Shown piece after piece: positions 52,940 to 63,213 of a stretch of 64,000 nt of DNA (positions within the stretch are counted from its first letter, which is position 1; every line of letters starts with the position of its first letter). The position numbers were made by a program, and so were the translations under genes. This DNA is from Balanoglossus misakiensis. Its lineage: Eukaryota; Animalia; Hemichordata. The notes under the pieces are model-generated. The model made no database searches and had not been told where the DNA came from. It saw only the letters and a list, made by a program, of their open reading frames with translations. The DNA lies in contig CM082594.2 of the NCBI GenBank assembly GCA_040954595.2, positions 1,630,247 through 1,694,246 on the forward strand, written 5' to 3'.

Positions 52940-54131
52940 AAACACTGCTTGAATTTCTACGATTATTAAGCAAACGGAAGCTTCACTACCACATAGGCGT
53001 ACACACAGAGCACGCGGCACGATAATTGTGTGCGTGGCCAGCTGATTGACCGACCCTATCTTATAATTTATATGGGAGAGAGCGGTTTTGTCTTGTTATA
53101 TCCTACAAAAAGTGACCATATTAAAGTGGAGAAATAATGACCTGATAATTTGTGTGGCCGATCGACCGTCCCTATCTAAGGCCTATATTGGTATGTTATG
53201 CAAGACACACTATTCGAAATAACGCCTGTCCGACAGTCCGAGACTGGTTGTTTTTCCATCAGACTGATAGTAAAAAAGTTACCAGTCCGGCGGAGAGGTT
53301 GAATTTAGCGTGGAGTTGACTTGTTTGCGGTATCATAGACGTACGTGACCCCATCGTGACCCTGGCTGTCCGAGATAGCACCACCAACGATATCTTTTAG
53401 ACCATCCTCTGTTTATTAGGCCCCTATTGCAATTAATTACCGTCCCTATCTTATATTGGAGGGAACGGGTTTGTCTTGGCCTATTATGCAAAACACTTGA
53501 AAGATGAATTTTAAAAAAAAAAAATGACGTTTATGACATACAGATTTAACCGACCCCATAAGGTCCCGATGGTATATTAACATCATACACCAAATTGGAC
53601 TTAAAAACCAAAAATTGAAAGCCGCTGGAGTTTCTGCGACTATTTACCCAAACGAAGCTTTAGCCTAGTACTAACACACGCAAACAGCACGAGAGCGAAC
53701 GGTTTTGTTTTGCTATGTTCTGCAAAAAAAACAAACTTGAATGATCGTGGAATTGAGGTAGTTATAGAAATCATGAATTTAAAGAAAGAAAGAAGTTGAT
53801 GTATATGACGACAAATAATAAATAGACTATTTAGGCCTAATAGGAAAGTTTAAAAACAATGTAATGAAGACTGCTTGAATTTCTGCGACAATGAACTCAA
53901 CGTAAGCTGGACACTACTCACTCCGAGCCCGACCTGGTAATTTGTATGTTGTCCATCGAGCGCCTATAGCTTAGACCTATACAGGAGAGAACGGTTTATG
54001 AAGTTATGTTCAACAAAAATATATGATCATGGAATTAAAGAATTTGGAGAAAAAAAATAATTAAAAATGGACGTTTACGACGACAAAAAGGAAGACTGTT
54101 TAATGCAAAAGTTAAGAAAAAGGAAAAATTC

Positions 54132-54250
54132 AAGCCTACGGCACGTGGTATTCCCAGGCGGTCACCCATCCAAGTACTAAGCACGCCCAACCAGCTTAAC
54201 TTCGGTGATCGGACGAGAACCGGTGTATTCGACGTGGTATGGCCGTAGGC
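54132..54250 (-). rRNA. 5S rRNA degenerate copy (C60 deleted, G71C)
   Basis: 119 nt. Confidence 0.85.
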
Positions 54251-55438
54251 AAACACTGCTTGAATTTCTACGATTATTAAGCAAAAGGAAGCTTCACTAA
54301 CACATAGGCGTACACACAGAGCACGCGGCACGATAATTGTGTGCGTGGCCAGCTGATTGACCGACCCTATCTTATAATTTATATGGGAGAGAGCGGTTTT
54401 GTCTTGTTATATCCTACAAAAAGTGACCATATTAAAGTGGAGAAATAATGACCTGATAATTTGTGTGGCCGATCGACCGTCCCTATCTAAGGCCTATATT
54501 GGTATGTTATGCAAGACACACTATTCGAAATAACGCCTGTCCGACAGTCCGAGACTGGTTGTTTTTCCATCAGACTGATAGTAAAAAAGTTACCAGTCCG
54601 GCGGACAGGTTGAATTTAGCGTGGAGTTGACTTGTTTGCGGTATCATAGACGTACGTGACCCCATCGTGACCCTGGCTGTCCGAGATAGCACCACCAACG
54701 ATATCTTTTAGACCATCCTCTGTTTATTAGGCCCCTATTGCAATTAATTACCGTCCCTATCTTATATTGGAGGGAACGGGTTTGTCTTGGCATGTTATGC
54801 AAAACACTTGAAAGATGAATTTTTTTAAAAAAAATGACGTTTATGACATACAGATGTAACCGACCCCATAAGGTCCCAATGGTATATTAACATCATACAC
54901 CAAATTGGACTTAAAAACCAAAAATTGAAAACCGCTGGAGTTTCTGCGACTATTTACCCAAACGAAGCTTTAGCCTAGTACTAACACCCGCAAACAGCAC
55001 GAGAGCGAACGGTTTTGTTTTGCTATGTTCTGCAAAAAAAATTGAATGATCGTGGAATTGAGGTAGTTATAGAAATCATGAATTTAAAGAAAGAAAGAAG
55101 TTGATGTATATGACGACAATTAATAAATATACTATTTAGGCCTAATAGGAAAGTTTAAAAACAATGTAATGAAGACTGCCTGAATTTCTGCGACAATGAA
55201 CTCAACGTAAGATGGACACTACTCACTCCGAGCCCGACCTGGTAATTTGTATGTTGTCCATCGAGCGCCTATAGCTTAGACCTATACAGGAGAGAACGGT
55301 TTATGAAGTTATGTTCAACAAAAATATATGATCATGGAATTAAAGAATTTGGACAAAAAAAAAATAATTAAAAATGGACGTTTACGACGACAAAAAGGAA
55401 GACTGTTTAATGCAAAAGTTAAGAAAAAGGAAAAATTC

Positions 55439-55488
55439 AAGCCTACGGCACGTGGTATTCCCAGGCGGTCACCCATCCAAGTACTAAC
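55439..55488 (-). pseudogene. 5'-truncated 5S (nt 71-120 only)
   Basis: Same deletion junction. Confidence 0.92.
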
Positions 55489-56591
55489 GATAATTGTGTG
55501 CGTGGCCAGCTGATTGACCGACCCTATCTTATAATTTATATGGGAGAGAGCGGTTTTGTCTTGTTATATCCTACAAAAAGTGACCATATTAAAGTGGAGA
55601 AATAATGACCTGATAATTTGTGTGGCCGATCGACCGTCCCTATCTAAGGCCTATATTGGTATGTTATGCAAGACACACTATTCGAAATAACGCCTGTCCA
55701 ACAGTCCGAGACTGGTTGTTTTTCCATCAGACTGATAGTAAAAAAGTTACCAGTCCGGCGGACAGGTTGAATTTAGCGTGGAGTTGACTTGTTTGCGGTA
55801 TCATAGACGTACGTGACCCCATCGTGACCCTGGCTGTCCGGGATAGCACCACCAACGATATCTTTTAGACCATCCTCTGTTTATTAGGCCCCTATTGCAA
55901 TTGATTACCGTCCCTATCTTATATTGGAGGGAACGGGTTTGTCTTGGCATGTTATGCAGAACACTTGAAAGATGAATTTTTAAAAAAAAAATGACGTTTA
56001 TGACATACAGATGTAACCGACCCCATAAGGTCCCAATGGTATATTAACATCATACACCAAATTGGACTTAAAAACCAAAAATTGAAAGCCGCTGGAGTTT
56101 CTGCGACTATTTACCCAAACGAAGCTTTAGCCTAGTACTAACACCCGCAAACAGCACGAGAGCGAACGGTTTTGTTTTGCTATGTTCTGCAAAAAAAATT
56201 GAATGATCGTGGAATTGAGGTAGTTATAGAAATCATGAATTTAAAGAAAGAAAGAAGTTGATGTATATGACGACAATTAATAAATATACTATTTAGGCCT
56301 AATAGGAAATTAAAAACAATGTAATGAAGACTGCTTGAATTTCTGCGACAATGAACTCAACGTTAGATGGACACTACTCACTCCGAGCCCGACCGGGTAA
56401 TTTGTATGTTGTCCATCGAGCGCCTATAGCTTAGACCTATACAGGAGAGAACGGTTTATGAAGTTATGTTCAACAAAAATATATGATCATGGAATTAAAG
56501 AATTTGGACAAAAAAAATAATTAAAAATGGACGTTTACGACGACAAAAAGGAAGACTGTTTAATGCAAAAGTTAAGAAAAAGGAAAAATTC

Positions 56592-56711
56592 AAGCCTACG
56601 GCACGTGGTATTCCCAGGCGGTCACCCATCCAAGGACTAACCACGCCCAACGCAGCTTAACTTCGGTGATCGGAAGAGAACCGGTGTATTCGACGTGGTA
56701 TGGCCGTAGGC
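56592..56711 (-). rRNA. 5S rRNA (G37T, A77C)
   Basis: Full length; last gene of the array. Confidence 0.9.
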
Positions 56712-57714
56712 AAACACTGCTTGAATTTCTACGATTATTAAGCAAACGGAAGCTTCACTAACACAAAGGCGTACACACAGAGCACGCGGCACGATAATTG
56801 TGTGCGTGGCCAGCTGATTGACCGACCCTATCTTATAATTTATATGGGAGAGAGCGGTTTTGTCATGTTATATCCTACAAAAAGTGACCATATTAAAGTG
56901 GAGAAATAATGACCTGATAATTTGTGTGGCCGATCGACCGTCCCTATCTAAGGCCTATATTGGTATGTTATGCAAGACACAATATTCGAAATAGCGCCTG
57001 TCCGACAGTCCGAGACTGGTTGTTTTTCCATCAGACTGATAGTAAAAAAGTTACCAGTCCGGCGGACAGGTTGACTTTAGCGTGGAGTTGACTTGTTTGC
57101 GGTATCATAGACGTACGTGACCCCATCGTGACCCTGGCTGTCCGGGATAGCACCACCAACGATATCTTTTAGACCATCCTCTGTTTCTTAGGCCCCTATT
57201 GCAATTAATTACCGTCCCTATCTTATATTGGAGGGAACGGGTTTGTCTTGGCATGTTATGCAAAACACTTGAAAGATGAATTTTTTTTAAAAAAAATGAC
57301 GTTTATGACATACAGATGTAACCGACCCCATAAGGTCCCAATGGTATATTAACATCATACACCAAATTGGACTTAAAAACCAAAAATTGAAAGCCGCTGG
57401 AGTTTCTGCGACTATTTACCCATACGAAGCTTTAGTAGAATACACGAGTTTTATCTTGGAAAAACAGTAAAAACTTCAAAAAATAATATGCCCACTGAAG
57501 TTCTGCTTTCGATCAGAAATTCCTTTCCATTCCGTTCAAAATCCGTGTGGTGATAAAAGCAAAACGTGGAACATTTTTTGGATTTGGAGAAACTATTTTT
57601 TATTTCGTGTGGCTATTCCGTTCCGTTCCGTAAGCCTCACAAGAATAGAGAGGTTCGGCTACACGTTATACGCGAACGTTATACGTGAACGCGCAACGTC
57701 AACGTCAATAATCT

Positions 57715-57830
57715 TTACGGCCCTGATACGGGTTTTGCGGCCCGAGGTCGTACGGCGGAAGCGCCCGACGGCAGGGAGGGCGCGAATCGCCATACGACCG
57801 AGGGCCGCAAAACCCGTATCAGGGCTGTAA
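57715..57830. repeat. 116-bp GC-rich inverted repeat (long hairpin), probably part of a non-autonomous element
   Basis: Arms TTACGGCCCTGATACGGGTTTTGCGGCCC-GA-GGTCGTA / TACGACC-GA-GGGCCGCAAAACCCGTATCAGGGCTGTAA, with inner stem GCGCCC/GGGCGC. Confidence 0.85.
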
Positions 57831-58613
57831 GGGTTTTATCATATGCCTTATTGAACCACAATCTACAAGAAATTAATAAAAATACACATTCTGTAATTTT
57901 TGGAATGTAGAAATTACGTATTTATCTGCCGTTTTGAAATGATCAATCGCTTAGCATAGAGCCGTATTCCTCCAGCTCTTGCGGATTGATATGCATGACG
58001 TCATTTGTTTACATTTTATACAGACGCGCTCGAGCTCACCCAGCCGATCGCGAGCGAGATATCAATTTTTTCCTCGCGACGATCGACGGCGACAGTCACA
58101 CATTAGTCAGATCAAAATTCAAATCATCAATATTACTAAGATATCATATTTGATTTTCCTAATAAAGCTCTACAACATGCAGGTATTACGGGAGAGGATG
58201 GGATCGGAAGCCATACACAGCCAACACTCAAGTCACTGACATCAGACAAATCGTTGTGACTATCGACACGACGACCGTGTCGATAGGTGCATTAAAGCAC
58301 CTTATCGACACGATCACGATGACCTTGCGATTAAATACAAAATTTACACTAATGTCGCCCGTTTGCTTCAGCAAATGTTCTCAAATGTACGGCTTTCGTG
58401 TTGAAATCAATTTTCCTCGTGTGACAAAAAAAGTGTGTCGTTCCCCGGCCCCTACAGTCACTACGTGTTAACGCCATGAAATCCAATCACCTTTTTATAA
58501 TAAACAACCAATGAAATAGTGTTCCCAATATTTACGTGTTGAACTCAAACTGTAAAAAAATCCAATCAGAGAACATTAAAAAAATAAATCGCACGCGTAG
58601 CTTAAAACATGTT

Positions 58614-58642
58614 CAACAACAACAACAACAACAACAACAACA
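58614..58642. repeat. (CAA)n microsatellite
   Basis: Read directly from the sequence. Confidence 0.9.
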
Positions 58643-58968
58643 GCATTTGTTTGATTTATGTAGCTTATTTTCTTCATTTTGAAGAATAAATTCATGGTGG
58701 CGTACGGGGTTTACGGTGGCTCTCTCATGTCAGGCCTAAAATATTATTTTGAAAGTTAAACTTTCAAAATTATAGACAATATCTTCTCCCAAAAGTAAAC
58801 TTAAGTTTTGGTGAAGGCAACTATAATTTTGACGCACACAATTTCAATTTCAGTGGAGTAAACTTTTTAATTTTGACAGTAAAACTTTAAATTTACTTTA
58901 CACAACTCTTATTTTAGAGAGCAAAAGTTTAATTTCCGAAAGCCAATTTTATTTTTTCCGAGAGTAAA

Positions 58969-59310
58969 ATTTTAAGATTTTTTTCCAAAATAAACTTCTA
59001 ACACTTGAGATAAAATATTATCTATACTACATAGAATTTTTTTATTTTCAGAAAGAAATAGTTAATTTTGTAAAACTTTTTTTAAGTAACATTACTTTTC
59101 GCGGGTGAAAATTGTATTTTACAGATGTAAATATATTTTTATATAATTTCTAGTTACACAACTTATGGGGGCGCTCTTTCTATTGCTACTGACAAACTTT
59201 TTCATGGGGGCGCTATTATTTTATTCAAGTGCTACTTTGTAACTTTTTAGGGAACAGTGAAACTTTTTTTTCGACAAGCACAAATATTTTTTTAACGGCG
59301 GCGGAAGTTG
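58969..59310 (+). repeat. AT-rich segment duplicated in inverted orientation at 19035-19376; lies just upstream of the TDP-43-N/HECT gene
   Basis: Direct sequence match. Confidence 0.93.
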
Positions 59311-59362
59311 AAGTATCCCACCATGCCATACCACAGCAACGTTTTTCTCCTAAACCTCTGCC

Positions 59363-59674
59363 ATGGCCGAAGAGTACATCGTCGTTACGGACAAGCAGAG
59401 CGGCCAAACCGTCGAGTTGCCGCTCGAACGAGACGAAACTTTATTGTTAAGCACTGTTCAGTGCCAATTTTCCGGAGCCTGTGGTGTAAGGTACCGAACT
59501 GTCAATGTCATCGATGGATGCCTCACAATTCGTGGCCTCAGATGTGTGAATGGTGTCATTTATCCACCAAATAATGGGCCCGGGTACATGGTAATCAACT
59601 TGAGGTTGTATATGCCAATTCTCCTGCATCTAGTGGTAAAGGGGGTGATGCCAGTGCCGGTAAAGTTACTCCCG
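59363..59674 (+). CDS. Exon 1: TDP-43 N-terminal-domain-like module
   Basis: MAEEYIVVTDKQSGQTVELPLERDETLLLSTVQCQFSGACGVRYR...IRGLRCVNGVIYPP compares with TDP-43 [44 protein letters not shown]...MRGVRLVEGILHAP (recalled). It continues as GNQLEVVY in a shifted frame. Confidence 0.78.
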
Positions 59675-59878
59675 GTAAGTTGCCTGTTCTACCGTCTACG
59701 TGTGTTTCTTTATTTTGTAATCTGAGAGATTTACAAAACCTGGATTATTCACGAATCGCTTCAGCTGATGCGGATCTAGCCTAGCCCCGCATGACCGTCC
59801 GAGACGTGTAACGCCAGAAACACAGAGCGTGTACGAAGTGATATGCAGATCAGGTCAATTTAATAGTGCACGTCTTTA

Positions 59879-60299
59879 GGGACATTTCTTCAGCCGGGGT
59901 GGATTCTATTTTGTTGATATCAAAATGTGGCTAACCCCACCCCCCCCTCATTGAACATTTAAAAGTTGGTGACACCTCCCATACCAACTTTCAAAAACTT
60001 AGGGAATGAATAACAGTGACAATTTGCATTTATGCATTAATTTAAATAATTAAAATATAACATGAATAAACAAAATATGCAAGTCATTACAATAATTGGC
60101 AGACATAGTAATCAAGAGAAGTGAAGGGGGTGGGATGGTTGTCCCCTTCCACGTTAGAAAATCTTGTAGTATACAGAGCTTGAAACTGAATTTTTGTGTA
60201 CTCAAAAGCAATTTTAGTCCCTCATTCAGCATTTCCAAATCAAGGTGACCCCCTATAATCCACTGCCCCCCCCCCCGACTGAAGAAACTGACCAGTCCC
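59879..60299. mobile_element. PIF/Harbinger-type MITE in intron
   Basis: GGGAC..TTTCTTCAGCCGGGG / CCCCGACTGAAGAAACTGACCAGTCCC with TTA TSD (59876-59878, 60300-60302). Confidence 0.7.
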
Positions 60300-60515
60300 T
60301 TAGCCCCTGTATGATACCATTATTTTTAGGGACAGGGGGGGCATGAGTGTGGGTGTGCTTCGAAACGATTTGATTCAATTAGATATTTGCTTTTTAACTG
60401 CAAGCCAATAAAGCAATAAACAGTATTGATCACAGCATAGGCTTTTGGCTGCTTCTCCAAATTGTCTTACGTGTTGAAACATTTGTGTCTGTTTTTCATA
60501 CACGATTTATCAATC

Positions 60516-60646
60516 TGATTAAAATCAGATGTAGGGAACGGCGACGTCTTTTAATTATACGCGGTGCCTAGTGTGAGGCGACAGCATAAGAATATCGTAC
60601 CACGTAAGTAAAGGACGTCGCTGTTCCCTACATCTGATTTTAATCA
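60516..60646. mobile_element. 131-bp hairpin MITE in intron
   Basis: 33-bp inverted repeat TGATTAAAATCAGATGTAGGGAAC(G/A)GCGACGTC with one mismatch. Confidence 0.75.
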
Positions 60647-60774
60647 CTGAGTGATATGCTGAAGCTTTCTGACTTACTGTACTTTTTTCTATCTACTTAT
60701 ATATGGAACCTATTCTTTAAACCTCAGTTTATCTCTGGTTATAACAATTTTATGTTATTATCCATATTTTTCAG

Positions 60775-62704
60775 TTTCAACATATGCAGAAAAGATGTTT
60801 GGTCGAGTAAAGTCATTCAGTGCATTCAAAGAGGAAAAGAATTCATATCGTAAATTCACACCAAAAGGGAGCAGAAGGAAAGGAGTAGGAAAGACAAGCC
60901 ATGAAGATGATGTCCAGATCTCAATAGGTGTCATGTATTTCGATGAGAAGCTGCAACAGCTGAAGCCACACTGGGGAAAACGCCTCCAATCCAGGCCAAA
61001 ACTAATGCAACTTATGCAACAATATTAGAGACAGGACTTCAAAAATGGAAGTCTTTGAAGAAGAATTTCATTGATGAACAACAAAACTATATACTTGTGT
61101 ATGAAGATGGATCGCAAGCACTTTTCATCCCAGGATCAGAGAAGAAAGAATTTTTCATGTTATCTCGATACAAAGATGAACTTGGAGTTGACTACAAGAG
61201 AATAAAGCTGTTCCTCTGTTCCGAACGTGACTTTGATACATCCATGGGATATGACACTCTGTCAAACCCTGAAGAAAGTGATGGTGGTGAGGTTTCTGAG
61301 AATCATGGCTGTTCAAATGCAAGAGAGCACAATAAAGAGAGACAAAAAAGAAAAGTCACAAATGAAGAAGTGCATGATGTTGGAGATGACAAAACTCGTG
61401 AGAAGCATCCATGTGTAATGACCACACCCAAGGCCACTACATCAGTGGTCAATGAAGATCCGACAGAAATCAAGAAAAGTAGGTTGGAGATTGATGATGT
61501 GTATGCCACTTTATTTTCTGATGAAAATGAAACTGTGTACATATCAGATTCTGGTGATGATATCCAACAAGTACCTCCCGATGCAACCACCACAGTACCA
61601 CTTGCAGAGATTTTGGCCAACCTTGCCGAGCAGATTGATCACAGCAAGACATCACAGTTCAATATTTCCAGAAATCATCTTTTTGATGGTGTCAAGAGAG
61701 GCCTAAAATGCAAGTCATTCCATCCAAAAAATAAGATTTCTGTGAAATTCACAGATGATGATGGCTCATCAGAAGGAGCTGTGGATGCAGGGGGCCCTAT
61801 GAGGGAGCTCTTGACATTAACCATGAACTATATAACCAATAGTGAGCTCTTTGATGGTGAACACAACCAGAAATACTTATCATGTGTTAGTAGATGCGCT
61901 GATGAAAATGAGTATTGCATGGCAGGTCAGCTAATTGCCATGTCTCCTGTCCATGGAGGTCCTGCTCCCCACTGCTTTGCAGACCATTTCTACCAAGCTA
62001 TTGTACATGGATGTGACTCAATCAAGCCTACTATTGATGATCTCCCTCAGAACAACCCAGTAAAAGCTGACCTCACTGCATTGCAAAATGCGCCCATTGA
62101 TGAAGCCAACCAAGTGCTGACTGATAACTTAGAAAGTATCACTGAGATTGCTGGTACATGGAGACTGATACGTACTGAAATTGACAAGTCAGCAGTCATT
62201 GGGTCCACAGTGAAATGGTACATGTATGGCAGAAATAGAGAAGCCTTTGATCAGTTTACTGATGGGTTGTCTTCACTTGGTGTACTTGAGGCTATGCGGC
62301 AGTACCTAACAAGCTTCCAGCCTGTCTTCTGTGAGCCTGCTCCACTAACTACTGATATGTTTTTATCTGATGTTACACGGAGTGAGGAAGGATCCAATAT
62401 GTTCAACGCTGAAAGTCTTCTCCTGTCATACTGGGCAGATTTCTTGCAAGATGTCCAAGATCAAGAAATAGACAATGTGACACTGGCCGAGATAATGATG
62501 TTTACCATTGGGTGTACAGAGCTTGTCGAAGGACTAACTCCAAGAATTATGTTCCTTCATGGAAGTGAAGCTCAATCTAAATTCCCCAAAGCCAACACTT
62601 GTGCTGGTGCGCTCCACCTTCCAATATTACACAAAACATATGATGCATTTAAACATGCTATGGCTTTTGCCATAACCAATTCCAAGGGTTTTGGTTATGG
62701 ATAA
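60775..62704 (+). CDS. Exon 2: G2E3-like HECT-domain E3 ubiquitin ligase (ORF 61055-62704 plus frameshifted upstream part)
   Basis: HECT hallmarks KISVKFTDDDGSSEGAVDAGGPMRE, GQLIAMSPVHGGPAP, MMFTIG, catalytic FPKANTCAGALHLP and C-terminal GFG. Upstream GKRL/PIQAK needs a 1-nt correction near 60986. Confidence 0.88.
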
Positions 62705-63058
62705 GTCTGTTACAGACAGTGTACTGGAAAATATGTTCAGAATAGACAGGTTTCCAGACTGACAAAACAGGGTTCAGTTTAGACAGGTTTTACTGTTCTA
62801 TTTTTACAGAATTGTGTACCCCGTTTTTCCCTCAAGAGTTGACATTCCTTTTTTTAAAGTTTGAAGTTACTGTTATACTGGTAATGTGTGGTGATATGGC
62901 CACTGGAGAGCTATTTTTTATTGGATTTGTTATATCTGGAACTCAAACGCCTCAGAAGTGATTTCATACAAATTGCTTGTGTTATACATATACACATGGA
63001 TTGTTTTTGTTAAATTTTATGACTACAGTTACAAATTGTGGGGACTATGTCATTAACA

Positions 63059-63213
63059 ATGCGCCCCTTTCATAAGTCTGGTACCATCACGCAGCCATCA
63101 TGTATTTGAACTCAAAGCGAGGCCAATGGGGAAAAGTTGACCAATCACTTCGAGGTTCAAATTCATAATTGCTGCATGAGGGCCTGGGCACTAGACTTAT
63201 GAAAAGGGTGTAT
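63059..63213. mobile_element. Degenerate palindromic MITE
   Basis: Imperfect inverted ends CCCCTTTCATAAGTCTGGTACC / GGCACTAGACTTATGAAAAGGG plus inner TTTGAAC/GTTCAAA arms. Confidence 0.6.

Larger units (their letters stand above)
12848..57435. repeat. 5S rDNA tandem array: 36 units in three blocks (- 12848-19036, + 19376-45286, - 45286-57435)
   Basis: Repeating 120-nt 5S gene plus spacer. Units are ~1060 bp in block 1 (and at 51756-52821), ~1300-1314 bp in most other units and ~1150 bp where the gene is truncated. Confidence 0.97.
59363..62704 (+). pseudogene. Two-exon TDP-43-NTD-like / G2E3-like HECT E3 ligase gene with two apparent frameshifts
   Basis: Exon 1 (59363-59674) ends CCCG|GTAAGT; acceptor TTTTTCAG| at 60774; the phase-1 join is in frame with MFGRVK. 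Frameshifts near 59580 and 60986. Confidence 0.72.

Noticed and set aside
13221-55513. Dozens of recurrent 60-120-aa ORFs in the array
   Set aside because: Incidental translations of 5S and spacer DNA; they open and close with homopolymer length changes.
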